Source: an uncultured delta proteobacterium (lineage in GTDB: Bacteria; Myxococcota_A; UBA9160; UBA4427). Taken from it: DNA of 64,000 bases. A program made the position numbers and the translations under genes. Positions 10,699 through 22,054 of this stretch are shown piece by piece (positions within the stretch are counted from its first letter, which is position 1; every line of letters starts with the position of its first letter). The notes under the pieces were generated by a model. That model was not told the origin of the DNA. It did not search any database and was given only the letters and a program-made list of their open reading frames with translations. The stretch is taken from assembly GCA_963822965.1 (NCBI GenBank), contig CAWGJT010000005.1:320001-384000 (forward strand), in the 5' to 3' direction.

Positions 10699-11613
10699 CT
10701 ACTTGCCCTGGAAGGCCTTCGCCACCAGGCCCATCTCGTCGCCGATGCTGCTCGGAATGATGTAGCCCTCGGGATTACGGATCTGGTCCAGGTGCGCCTG
10801 CACGTCCTCGGCGCTCACCACCGCGCCGGCTCCCTGCTCGGCCATCCAGCCCGGACACAGGCCGACGAAGATCCGGGCGAAGCGGCCCCCGCCCACGGAG
10901 TAGATCTCGTGGGTGTTCTCGTTGGCCTCCGAAGCGAGATACACGGTGAGAGGCGTCACGCACTCGGGCGCGAGCTTCTCCGCCAGCGGCCCGAGCAGGT
11001 CCTCCGTCAGGCGCGTGCGGGCGATGGGGGCGATGACGTTCGACTTGATGTTGTACTTCGCCCCTTCGACGGCCAGCACGTTCGAGAGCCCCACCAGGCC
11101 CATCTTGGCGGCGCCGTAGTTGGTCTGACCGAAGTTGCCGAAGATGCCCGCCGCCGAGGCCGTGAAGACGAAGCGGCCGTAGCCGTTCTCCTTCATGCTG
11201 CGGAAGGCCGGCTGGGAGACGAAGAACGCGCCCTTGAGGTGCACGTCGATCACGAGACCCAGATCTTCGGGCGAGAGCTTCGCAAAGGTCTTGTCCCGCA
11301 GGATGCCCGCGTTGTTGATGACCACGTCCACCTTGCCGAAGTTGTCGAGCGCCGTCTGCACGATGGCCTCGCCGCCCTCGGGCGTGGAGACGGAGTCGTG
11401 ATTCGACACGGCCGTTCCGCCCGCCTCGGTGATCTCCTTCACCACCTGGTCGGCCATGCTCGCCGACGCACCCGTACCGTCCTTGGAGCCGCCGAGGTCG
11501 TTCACCACGACCTTCGCGCCGCGCCGGGCGAAGTCCAGGGCATAAGTCTTGCCGAGGCCGCCACCGGCGCCGGTCACGATCACCACACGATCGTCGAATC
11601 GGATCTCGCTCAT
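10699..11613 (-). CDS. SDR oxidoreductase, MFE-2/HSD17B4 (3R-hydroxyacyl-CoA dehydrogenase)-like
   Basis: IVTGAGGGLG, VVVNDLGG, NNAGILRDK and GNFGQTNYGAAKMG. AGAGGAAG RBS. Confidence 0.92.
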   Translation of the reverse strand: MSEIRFDDRVVIVTGAGGGLGKTYALDFARRGAKVVVNDLGGSKDGTGASASMADQVVKEITEAGGTAVSNHDSVSTPEGGEAIVQTALDNFGKVDVVINNAGILRDKTFAKLSPEDLGLVIDVHLKGAFFVSQPAFRSMKENGYGRFVFTASAAGIFGNFGQTNYGAAKMGLVGLSNVLAVEGAKYNIKSNVIAPIARTRLTEDLLGPLAEKLAPECVTPLTVYLASEANENTHEIYSVGGGRFARIFVGLCPGWMAEQGAGAVVSAEDVQAHLDQIRNPEGYIIPSSIGDEMGLVAKAFQGK

Positions 11614-11972
11614 CGCTCGTCTTCCTCTCTCCGGCACGCCGGCCGGTTCTCCTGCTGGGGGTTTCGATTCCCGGGTTTGCGAGGAGGACCTGGAGGCCCT
11701 CCCTGGAACTCGTGCGTCTCGTCCGTTCGCGGGACTCGAGCCAGCCGAGTCTCCAGGCCGGCACGGAGGCGGCCGGGGCTCGGCCGGCGCGGGGCGAGCA
11801 TAGCGAAGCAGTGGGGCGGCGCCTGCCGATGCGACGGCTTCCGTAACCCGCCCGCGGCGCGTCTCGTACACTGGCAGCAAGGCACGCGCGGGCAAGGCCG
11901 GGCTCGGACGCCGGGCGAGGTCGTCCGTGCACACCCGCGCCGGGACGGCCGGGCAAGGAGAGGAGGGATCCC

Positions 11973-12965
11973 TTGGGCGACGACGCCTTCACGCGCGCAC
12001 TGACGGCACACGCGACGCCCGGTCCGCGCAAGGGGGCGATCACCACCCTGCAGCTCAACATCGGACTCCGCTGCAATCTCGCCTGCCACCACTGCCACGT
12101 GGAGTCGGGTCCGAAGCGCAGCGAGGCGATGGACCGCAAGGGTGCCGAACGCATCCTGGAGCTGCTGGCGCGCAGTCCGGGAACCGAAGTCCTCGATCTC
12201 ACGGGCGGTGCCCCGGAGCTGAACGAGCACTTCCGCTTCCTGGTCCGGGGCGCCCGGGCGCTCGGGCGACGCGTCATCGACCGTTGCAACCTCACGGTGC
12301 TCTACGAGCCCGGGCAGGAGGACACGGCGGACTTCCTGGCCTCGCAGCGGGTCGAGGTCGTCGCCTCGCTGCCCTGCTATACGCCCGAGACCGTGGAGGC
12401 CCAACGCGGACGCGGCGTCTTCGCGCGCAGCATCGAGGCGCTGCGCCGCCTGAACCGGCTGGGCTACGGCACGCCGGAGGGCGCGCTCCGGCTCGATCTC
12501 GTCTACAACCCGGGAGGCGCCTTCCTGCCGCCGGCGCAGGCCGAGCTCGAGGCGACGTACCGCGCGGAGCTCCGCGAGCACTTCGGAATCGAGTTCCACC
12601 GTCTGATCACGATCACCAACATGCCCATCAAGCGCTTCGCCCACCAGCTCGAGCGCGAGGGCGGCCTGCCCGAATACATGGCGCTGCTCGAGACGGGCTT
12701 CAACCCGGCGACCCTCGACGGTCTCATGTGCCGCTCGATGCTGTCGGTGGATCACGCCGGACGCCTCTACGACTGCGACTTCAACCAGGCCCTCGCGATG
12801 CCGGTGACGGGTCGCGTGCGCACCATCTGGGACGTCGACGATCTGCAGGCCTTCGCGGACGCGGAGATCGTCATGGCGTCCCACTGCCTGGGCTGCACGG
12901 CCGGGGCGGGGTCGAGCTGCGGCGGCGCGCTGGTCCCGGCCGCGGCGGAAGGGGCGACGCGATGA
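11973..12965 (+). CDS. arsS: radical SAM/Cys-rich protein, ArsS (arsenosugar biosynthesis, DUF3641) family
   Basis: CNLACHHC SAM cluster motif, DLTGGAPELN, ASLPCY, QRGRGVF, TNMPIKRF, LYDCDFNQ and HCLGCTAGAGSSCGG. Confidence 0.85.
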   Translation: MGDDAFTRALTAHATPGPRKGAITTLQLNIGLRCNLACHHCHVESGPKRSEAMDRKGAERILELLARSPGTEVLDLTGGAPELNEHFRFLVRGARALGRRVIDRCNLTVLYEPGQEDTADFLASQRVEVVASLPCYTPETVEAQRGRGVFARSIEALRRLNRLGYGTPEGALRLDLVYNPGGAFLPPAQAELEATYRAELREHFGIEFHRLITITNMPIKRFAHQLEREGGLPEYMALLETGFNPATLDGLMCRSMLSVDHAGRLYDCDFNQALAMPVTGRVRTIWDVDDLQAFADAEIVMASHCLGCTAGAGSSCGGALVPAAAEGATR

Positions 12966-13723
12966 GCGACGAAGCGGCGGACGCACCGGCGCGGACCGGC
13001 CGAGGTCTGCTCGTCCGCCTCGCCGGCGGCGCCCTGGCCCTCGTGGCGGTGGTGGTGCTGGCGCGTCACGCGGGTGCCTACGTGCCGGCGCTGGCCGCGT
13101 GGGTGGACGGGCTGGGCTTCTGGGGCCCCTTCGCGTTCATCCTGTTCTATGCGATCGCCGTGGTCGCCTTCGTACCCGGGGCGCTCCTCACCCTGGCCGG
13201 AGGCGCCATCTTCGACCTGCTGTGGGGCACCGTCTACGTCTTCTGCGCGGCGGTCGTCGGCTCGTCGCTCGCCTTCCTGGTGGCCCGCTACCTCGCACGC
13301 GGGGCGGTCGAACGGCGCTTCGGTGACAACGCCCGCTTCGCGGCCCTCGATCGGGCCATCGGCGAGAACGGCCTCAAGATCCTGTTCCTGCTTCGGCTCT
13401 CGCCCGCCTTCCCCTTCACGTTCCTCAACTATGCGGTCGGTCTCACCCGCATCTCGTTCCGCGACTACTTGCTGGCCTCCTTCGGCATGATTCCCGGCAC
13501 CGTCCTGTACGTCTACTACGGCAAGCTGATCGGCGACGTCGCCGCGCTCGCGAGCGGTGTCGCGCCCGATCGGGGCGCCGGCTACTACGCGTTTCTGGCC
13601 CTGGGCCTCGTGGCGACGATCGCGGTCACGGCGCTGGTCACCCGCATCGCCCGGCGCGCGCTGCACGAGACCGGCGATCTCGCCGAAGCCACCGGAGACC
13701 CGACGAAGGAAGCGAACGAATGA
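12962..13723 (+). CDS. TVP38/TMEM64 (DedA/VTT) family membrane protein
   Basis: PGALLTLAGGAIF, LLRLSPAFPFTFLNY and GMIPGTVLYVYYG. ATGA overlap with arsS. Confidence 0.9.
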   Translation: MSDEAADAPARTGRGLLVRLAGGALALVAVVVLARHAGAYVPALAAWVDGLGFWGPFAFILFYAIAVVAFVPGALLTLAGGAIFDLLWGTVYVFCAAVVGSSLAFLVARYLARGAVERRFGDNARFAALDRAIGENGLKILFLLRLSPAFPFTFLNYAVGLTRISFRDYLLASFGMIPGTVLYVYYGKLIGDVAALASGVAPDRGAGYYAFLALGLVATIAVTALVTRIARRALHETGDLAEATGDPTKEANE

Positions 13724-15228
13724 TCGAGCCCCGCGACGAGTACAACGAGGCGCTGGTCCGCAACGTCCACCCGCCGGACTGGCGCAACCCCGAGCCCGCC
13801 GGGAAGTACGATCTCGTCGTCGTCGGCGCCGGCACCGCCGGTCTCGTCTCGGCCGCGGGTGCGGCGGGCCTCGGCGCGCGGGTCGCGCTGGTCGAGCGTG
13901 CGCATCTCGGCGGAGACTGCCTGAACGTCGGCTGCGTCCCGTCGAAGTCGCTGCTCCGGTCGGCGCACGTGGCCGCCGAGGTGCGGGACGCCGGCAGCTT
14001 CGGCGTGCGGGTGCCCGCCGGCGTCGAGGTCGACTTCCCGGCCGTCATGCAGCGCATGCGCCGGATACGCGCCGCCATCAGCCCGGTGGATTCGGTGCAG
14101 CGCTTCTCGAACGAGCTCGGGGTCGACGTGTTCCTGGGAGAGGCCTGCTTCGCCGGGCCGGCCGAAGTCGAGGTGGGCGGCGTCGGGCTGCGCTTCAAGC
14201 GGGCGGTCGTCGCCACCGGGGCTCGTGCCCGGGTGCCTTCCGTCGACGGCCTGGCGGACGCCGGCTACCGGACGAACGAGACGATCTTCGAGCTGACCGC
14301 GCTGCCGCGCAGGCTCCTGGTGCTCGGCGGGGGGCCCATCGGTTGCGAGCTGTCCCAGGCCTTCCGGCGCTTCGGCGCGGAGGTCACGCTGGTCGAGCAG
14401 GCGGCGCAGTTCCTGGGCCGCGAAGACCCCGACGCGGCCCGCATCCTGTACGACGCGCTACGGCGCGACGGGGTCGACATCCGCCTCGAAACGAAGGTCT
14501 CCAAGGTGGTCCGGCAGGGCCACGAGAAGCTCGTCACGCTCGCGTCGAACGGACGCAGCGAGACGCTGACCGTCGACGAGGTGTTGGTGGGCGTGGGACG
14601 CGCCCCGAACGTCGAGGACATGGGCCTCGAGGCGGCCGGGATCGAGTTCGATCCGCGTCAGGGCGTGGTCGTGGACGACCACCTGCGCACGACGAACCGG
14701 CGCGTCTTCGCGGCGGGCGACGTGTGCATGAGCGCGAAGTTCACCCACGCGGCCGACTTCGCGGCCCGCATCGTGATCCAGAACGCGCTCTTCTTCGGGC
14801 GCCGGAAGCTCTCGGCCCTGACCATCCCCTGGTGCACCTACACGTCGCCCGAGATCGCCCACGTCGGGCTCTCCGAGCGGGACGCCCGGGCCCAGGGCGT
14901 CGACGTGGACACCTGGGTGCGCGAGCTGTCCCACGTCGACCGCGCCATCGCCGAGGGAGACACCCTGGGCTTCGTCAAGATCCACACGCCCAGGGGCCGG
15001 GATCGGATCCTGGGCGCCACGGTGGTGGCCCGCAACGCGGGCGACCTCGTCAGCGAGATCAGCGTCGCCATGGCCGGCGGCGTCGGGCTCGGAAGCCTCG
15101 CCTCCGTGATCCATCCCTACCCCACCCAGGCCGAGGCGATCCGGCAGATCGGCGACGCCTACAACCGCACCCGGCTCACGCCCACCGTGCGGCGCCTGTT
15201 CGACTGGATCCTGCGCCTGCACCGCTGA
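13720..15228 (+). CDS. mercuric-reductase-like flavoprotein disulfide reductase (no C-terminal Cys pair)
   Basis: GAGTAG, GGDCLNVGCVPSK, GGGPIGCE and HPYPTQAE. ATGA overlap with the TVP38 gene. Confidence 0.88.
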   Translation: MIEPRDEYNEALVRNVHPPDWRNPEPAGKYDLVVVGAGTAGLVSAAGAAGLGARVALVERAHLGGDCLNVGCVPSKSLLRSAHVAAEVRDAGSFGVRVPAGVEVDFPAVMQRMRRIRAAISPVDSVQRFSNELGVDVFLGEACFAGPAEVEVGGVGLRFKRAVVATGARARVPSVDGLADAGYRTNETIFELTALPRRLLVLGGGPIGCELSQAFRRFGAEVTLVEQAAQFLGREDPDAARILYDALRRDGVDIRLETKVSKVVRQGHEKLVTLASNGRSETLTVDEVLVGVGRAPNVEDMGLEAAGIEFDPRQGVVVDDHLRTTNRRVFAAGDVCMSAKFTHAADFAARIVIQNALFFGRRKLSALTIPWCTYTSPEIAHVGLSERDARAQGVDVDTWVRELSHVDRAIAEGDTLGFVKIHTPRGRDRILGATVVARNAGDLVSEISVAMAGGVGLGSLASVIHPYPTQAEAIRQIGDAYNRTRLTPTVRRLFDWILRLHR

Positions 15229-15382
15229 ACGCGGCTCCCGGGCCTCGTCGCCCGGTCTCGTCCCGGGACCGGGCCTGGACCCCGGCCACTCCGGAATGGC
15301 CGGGTGGCGGCGCCTCGCCGCCGGACACCGGCGGCGAGGGCTGCCCGTACAGGGCGCCCGCCGTCCGGTCGATGCACGACGC

Positions 15383-17041
15383 GTGTGGTACGACATCGGC
15401 CTCCTCGCGAGCATCGTGATCGGCGGTTGGCTGGCCCTCGACGTGGCCATGGCCGAGGGCTGGCGCCGGCGCTCGGCGTCCATCGGCCTGCTCGGCGCGT
15501 TCGGCGCCTTGTGGGCGTCCTGCGAGGTGCTGCTGCGAACCGCGGAGGGCCCCGCCGAGCTGGCCCTGGAGCGCAGGCTCCTCTATCTCGGCGTCGTCGG
15601 CGCCACCTTCTTCTGGTACCGGTTGGCGGTCGAAGCCGACCGGCCCGGCTGGTATCGACGCGGTCCCTGGCGCACGGGGCTCGCGGCCCTGCCCTCGCTC
15701 TTCTTCTACTCGATGCTCTACTGGGCGCCCGACGGCTGGGTGATCTCGCTGTACAGCGAGACACCCGTGCACGGTCCCCTCTGGATCGCGGCGGCCGGGG
15801 CGAGCTGGGCCCTGATCGGCGCCGGCCTCCTCCACTACGGCCGGGCGGCCCTTCGCATGCACCGCGAGAGCCGGGTCCGGGCGATCGCGCTGGGGATCGG
15901 AATCGGCCTGCCCCTGGCGTTGAACGTCGCCTACGCGGCGGACCTGGTCTCGTGGGATCCGGCGCCGTGCCTCCTGGGTCCGGCCGCGCTGATGATCCGC
16001 TTCGCGATGGTCGACACCGGTCTCTCCCTCTACCTGCCCCTGGCGCGCAGCGACGTGATCGAGCAGCTGGACGTCGGCGTGGTCGTGGTCGGGACGGACG
16101 GCCAGGTGATCGACGCGAACGCGTCGGCGGCACGGCTGACAGGCGTCGACGAGCCGCGCGGGCGGCGCTTCGAGGACCTGACCGAGAGCCTCGATCCGGG
16201 CATCGAAGTGCTGCGATTCCCGTTGAAGAGCCACTTCAGCGTGACCGGGACCGCGGCCGTGCTGAACGACCGCCGGGAGGCCATCGCCAGCGAGCAGCGC
16301 CTCCAGCTCACCGGCCGCCTCGAGGCGATCGGCTCCCTCACCGCGGGGATCGCGCACGAGATCAACAATCCCCTCGCGTACATCTCGGCGAACCTCGGCA
16401 ACCTCGAGAAGCTCTTCGCGGAGCTCGAGGCGCCGGCGCTGCGCGACGATCTGCCCGCAGACCTGGCACGCCGCTGCCGCGAGGGCTCCGAGAGCCTCGT
16501 CGACGCGCGCGAGGGGTTCCAACGGATCTCACTACTGGTCGCGCGCCTCAAGGGATTCGCGCGGGGTCCCGGGGCGGCGGGCCCCGGGGACGCGCCCCTC
16601 GACCTGGCCGAGGCCGCACGCCGCGCCGCCTCGATGGCGGCGATCGGTCTCCCGGCCGACGCGATCCGGATCCGCAGCGCGGGCCCGAGTCGGGTCGCGG
16701 CCGACGAGCACGTGGTGGGACAGATCCTCGTCAACCTCCTCCTCAACGCGGTCCAGGCGAGCGAAGGCCTGCCGCAGGTGGACGTCGAAATCGAGGAACG
16801 GGATGGAGAGGCCCGGGTCCGGGTCTGCGACCGCGGCCACGGGCTCGACGATCATACCCTCGAGCGCATCTTCGATCCGTTCTTCACCACGAAGCGCGCG
16901 GGCACGGGCCTGGGGCTCAGCATCAGCTACGACCTGGCAAGACGCCTCGGCGGACGCATCGAGGCCGCCAACCGGCCGGACGGCGGGGCCGCCTTCTCGC
17001 TCTACCTCCCGGCGCTGCCCGAGCGGTCCGCGCCGGCCTGA
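15383..17041 (+). CDS. sensor histidine kinase (N-terminal multi-TM, PAS-like, HisKA, HATPase)
   Basis: AGIAHEINNPL H-box, QILVNLLLNA N-box, DRGHG and FDPFFTTKRAGTGLGL. GTG start inferred. Confidence 0.9.
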   Translation: MWYDIGLLASIVIGGWLALDVAMAEGWRRRSASIGLLGAFGALWASCEVLLRTAEGPAELALERRLLYLGVVGATFFWYRLAVEADRPGWYRRGPWRTGLAALPSLFFYSMLYWAPDGWVISLYSETPVHGPLWIAAAGASWALIGAGLLHYGRAALRMHRESRVRAIALGIGIGLPLALNVAYAADLVSWDPAPCLLGPAALMIRFAMVDTGLSLYLPLARSDVIEQLDVGVVVVGTDGQVIDANASAARLTGVDEPRGRRFEDLTESLDPGIEVLRFPLKSHFSVTGTAAVLNDRREAIASEQRLQLTGRLEAIGSLTAGIAHEINNPLAYISANLGNLEKLFAELEAPALRDDLPADLARRCREGSESLVDAREGFQRISLLVARLKGFARGPGAAGPGDAPLDLAEAARRAASMAAIGLPADAIRIRSAGPSRVAADEHVVGQILVNLLLNAVQASEGLPQVDVEIEERDGEARVRVCDRGHGLDDHTLERIFDPFFTTKRAGTGLGLSISYDLARRLGGRIEAANRPDGGAAFSLYLPALPERSAPA

Positions 17042-17051
17042 GAGATGCGCT

Positions 17052-17294
17052 TCAGGAGGTCTTGCGCCGCGCCGCCAGGATCGCCTGGATCAGCTCTTCG
17101 GGCACCTCCTCGCGCGCGGGCCCGTGCTCTTCGCAGGCGAAGCGACCCAGGCGGATCGTGTCCTTGTAGGTGTCGAGAAAGGTCAGGCAGGGAGGACAGA
17201 GAAACATGTGCTCCTCGAACACCCGCGTGGATTCGGGCTCGAGCTCCCCGTCGAGATAGCTCATCAGGAAATCGACGAACTCGCGGCAGTTCAT
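17052..17294 (-). CDS. soluble zinc-finger (zf-HC2) anti-sigma factor
   Basis: MNCREF..LMSYLDGEL and HxxxCxxC (EHMFLCPPC); overlaps the sigma factor stop. Confidence 0.88.
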   Translation of the reverse strand: MNCREFVDFLMSYLDGELEPESTRVFEEHMFLCPPCLTFLDTYKDTIRLGRFACEEHGPAREEVPEELIQAILAARRKTS

Positions 17295-17953
17295 CCCGCA
17301 GACTCCTCGCGATCCCGGCCGCCCTGTTGGGAGAACTGCTCGTCCAGCAGCTGACGCAGGGCCTGCCGGGCGCGGTGCAGGCGCGTCTTCACCGCAGCCT
17401 TGGTGAGGCCCAAGGCCTCTGCGGTCTGCTCGGTGTCGAACTCTTCGATGTCCCGCAGCAGCAGGACGGTTCGGTAGGCGTCCGGCAGCTGCTCGATGGC
17501 GCGCCGGACGAGGGTGCGGGTCTCCTGCCGCTCGATCAGGCGGTCGGCGCCGTCCCAGCCCGCGGACGAGAGCTCCAGGTGGCCGTTCTCGGCGAAGCGG
17601 GGGAGCAGGTCGTCGATGGACTCCTCGGGCTTCCGCCGGCGCGTCCGCAGCTTCATGAGGCAGGCGTTCACCACGATCCGGTGGAGCCAGGTGGACACCT
17701 TGGAATCGCCCTCGAAGCGGTCCATGGCCCGGAAGGCCGACACGAACGCCTCCTGGACCGCCTCCCGGGCGTCCTCCTCGCTGCCCATGAAGCGCCGGGC
17801 GACCGACAGCATGCGGCCGGAGTAGAGGCGCAGGAGGGTCTCGTAGGCGGCATCGTCGCCGGCGCGCAGGCCGGCCAGCAGCTTCTCCTCGTCCAGCTCG
17901 GCGGCGGCGGCGGCGGCGCTCTGGGGGGCCTGGCGCACGTGCGGGGACTCCAT
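17291..17953 (-). CDS. ECF-type sigma-70 factor
   Basis: DAREAVQEAFVSAFR, STWLHRIVVNACL, LLRDIEE and AVKTRLHRAR. Confidence 0.93.
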   Translation of the reverse strand: MESPHVRQAPQSAAAAAAELDEEKLLAGLRAGDDAAYETLLRLYSGRMLSVARRFMGSEEDAREAVQEAFVSAFRAMDRFEGDSKVSTWLHRIVVNACLMKLRTRRRKPEESIDDLLPRFAENGHLELSSAGWDGADRLIERQETRTLVRRAIEQLPDAYRTVLLLRDIEEFDTEQTAEALGLTKAAVKTRLHRARQALRQLLDEQFSQQGGRDREESAG

Positions 17954-17998
17954 CGCGGGCACCGTATCACAGCACCGTCCGGGGACCGTCGGCCCGGC

Positions 17999-18364
17999 TC
18001 AGAGCAGCTCCAGGACCTTCTCCGGGGGGCGACCGACCACCGCCCGGCTCCCCCTGACCAGGATCGGGCGCTCCAGCAGGATCGGGGCCGCCGCCATCGC
18101 CTCCAGGATCTCGCCTTCGCCGCTGGCCGGGCCGCAGCCGGCCTCCGCGAAGGCGCTCTCCTGGCGGCGCACGAAGCCGGACGCCGGCCGTCCCAGCCGC
18201 TCGGCCAGGCTCTGCAGCTCGGAGAGGGAGAGCGGATCGTCCAGGTAATGGCGCACCTCGAAGTCGGCGCCCCGTTCCTCGAGCAGGGCGAAGGCCGCGC
18301 GGCTCTTCGAGCAGCGCGGGTTGTGGAGCAACAGCAGCTCCGAGTCGGATGCAGGCAGGCCCAT
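17999..18364 (-). CDS. ArsC/YfgD-family (glutaredoxin-type) reductase
   Basis: HNPRCSKSR, ERPIL and GRPPE motifs. Confidence 0.85.
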   Translation of the reverse strand: MGLPASDSELLLLHNPRCSKSRAAFALLEERGADFEVRHYLDDPLSLSELQSLAERLGRPASGFVRRQESAFAEAGCGPASGEGEILEAMAAAPILLERPILVRGSRAVVGRPPEKVLELL

Positions 18365-18477
18365 CGGGAATCTCCGGCTCGCGAAAGTAGCAGGCGCAAG
18401 GGGACGGGTCGGCGGGTGTCCTGGCCCGTCGCCCGGGGCTTTGCGAGACTCGCCCGCCCCGGCACCAGGAGGAAGCC

Positions 18478-19011
18478 ATGTCCCTGCTCCGCCTTCTCGG
18501 GATCGCACGCGACCGACAGCCGGAGGAGCCGGAGACCCTCCGGCGCATCCTCGTCGAGCTCGAGGCCCTGCACCCGGATCGTGCGCGGTTCCTCGCGGCC
18601 TTCGCGTACATCCTGGCGCGGGTGGCCCACGCCGACCTGAAGATCGACCCCAGCGAGGTGGCGGAGATGGAGCGCATCCTCCGGGACCTCGAGCATCTCC
18701 AGGATGGGGAGCGCCGCCTCGTCGTGCAGATCGCGGTCCAGCAGGCGGTGGACGTGGGCGGTACCGACGACTACCTGGTGACGCGCGAGTTCCGGCGCGT
18801 GAGCGAGAAGCCCGAACGCGTTCGGCTCATGCGCTGTCTGCTCGAGGTGGCCGCCGCGGACGACAGCATCAGCTCGCTCGAGAGCCGCGAGATCGTCGAG
18901 ATCGGCGAGGAGCTCGGGCTCTCGCGCCCCGAGGTGAGCGCTCTCCGCTACGAGTACCGCGACAAGCTGGCCGAGCTCCGGAAGACCGAGAGCGAGAAGC
19001 GCAGCTCCTGA
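18478..19011 (+). CDS. TerB-family protein
   Basis: Two xxADxxIxxxE motifs (VAHADLKIDPSE, VAAADDSISSLE). AGGAGG RBS. Confidence 0.85.
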   Translation: MSLLRLLGIARDRQPEEPETLRRILVELEALHPDRARFLAAFAYILARVAHADLKIDPSEVAEMERILRDLEHLQDGERRLVVQIAVQQAVDVGGTDDYLVTREFRRVSEKPERVRLMRCLLEVAAADDSISSLESREIVEIGEELGLSRPEVSALRYEYRDKLAELRKTESEKRSS

Positions 19012-19044
19012 GGCTCTCTCCCGCCGACGGGCGGGACGCGTTCG

Positions 19045-19731
19045 TCAGTTCCGCACCAGCAGCAGGGTGCGGGGGTCGAGCGCGACGTGCAGCGCGGACA
19101 GGTCTTCGTTGTCGTGGTCCTTGAGGGCCCGCAGGACCACGGAGCCGTCCTCCTGGGGCTCGAGGGCCAGGATCACGCTGACGTTCTCCGCGATGTCGCC
19201 CACCGACTCCGGGATCCCGTCCACCCGCTCGCCCGGGATCGCCACCGACAGCCACACCTCGGCCTCCAGCTCCTGCGCCAGGGCTCGCATGTCGAGCAGG
19301 TCCTCGCGCGAGATCTCGTCCAGACCTTCGATCACCACCAGGCTGGGTCGGGCGCCCGCCTCGGACTCCACCTTGACGGCGTCGCGCAGCTTCGCGGCGC
19401 TGAAGCCCGCCGGCGTGTAGACACGGATGCTGCGGTGCCGGTCGATCTCGGTGCGCGTGGCCGTCGCGTCGTCCAGGTGCGTGGAGGAGGCCAGCTCCTC
19501 GTACACCGTGTCGTAGTGGGCGCGGACGTGGGAGACCGTCTGGTCGAGGGCCACGTGCAGCACGGTGCCCCGGCGCAGCAGCTCGTCGAGGGCGACGCCC
19601 ACGACGAAGGGCGTCTTGCCGACTCCGGGCCCCGCCACCAGCACGCCGACGTTGCCGGGCCCGAGGCCTCCGTGCAGTCCCTGCTCCAGCAGCCGGAGCG
19701 GGCTCCGCGCGTTTACGAACTTGCGATACAT
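19045..19731 (-). CDS. single-domain RecA/KaiC/DnaB-like P-loop ATPase
   Basis: LHGGLGPGNVGVLVAGPGVGKT Walker A; VVIEG at the Walker B position. Confidence 0.75.
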   Translation of the reverse strand: MYRKFVNARSPLRLLEQGLHGGLGPGNVGVLVAGPGVGKTPFVVGVALDELLRRGTVLHVALDQTVSHVRAHYDTVYEELASSTHLDDATATRTEIDRHRSIRVYTPAGFSAAKLRDAVKVESEAGARPSLVVIEGLDEISREDLLDMRALAQELEAEVWLSVAIPGERVDGIPESVGDIAENVSVILALEPQEDGSVVLRALKDHDNEDLSALHVALDPRTLLLVRN

Positions 19732-19776
19732 GCATTCACCTCGTGCACCGAACAGGCTGCCTGTCGAGCCATGTCG

Positions 19777-21873
<2,097 letters not shown>

Positions 21874-22054
21874 GCCTTGCCTCGTCCGCCTTCCAGCTGG
21901 ACCGATCCACGGGGCACGGAGGAACGGCGCCCGTCGGGGTCACCGCCGTTCCCTGCCCGAGTCGTGACTTCCTGAATTGGGTTCGGTGGACTTTCGAGTT
22001 TCGTGGCTCGGCACTTTAGCGGGGTGCAGCCCTTCCGGCGAGTCCGCGGGCGCG

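Noticed and set aside
13720..15228. true merA / mercury resistance operon
   Set aside because: No C-terminal Cys-Cys, no NmerA domain, and no merR/T/P.
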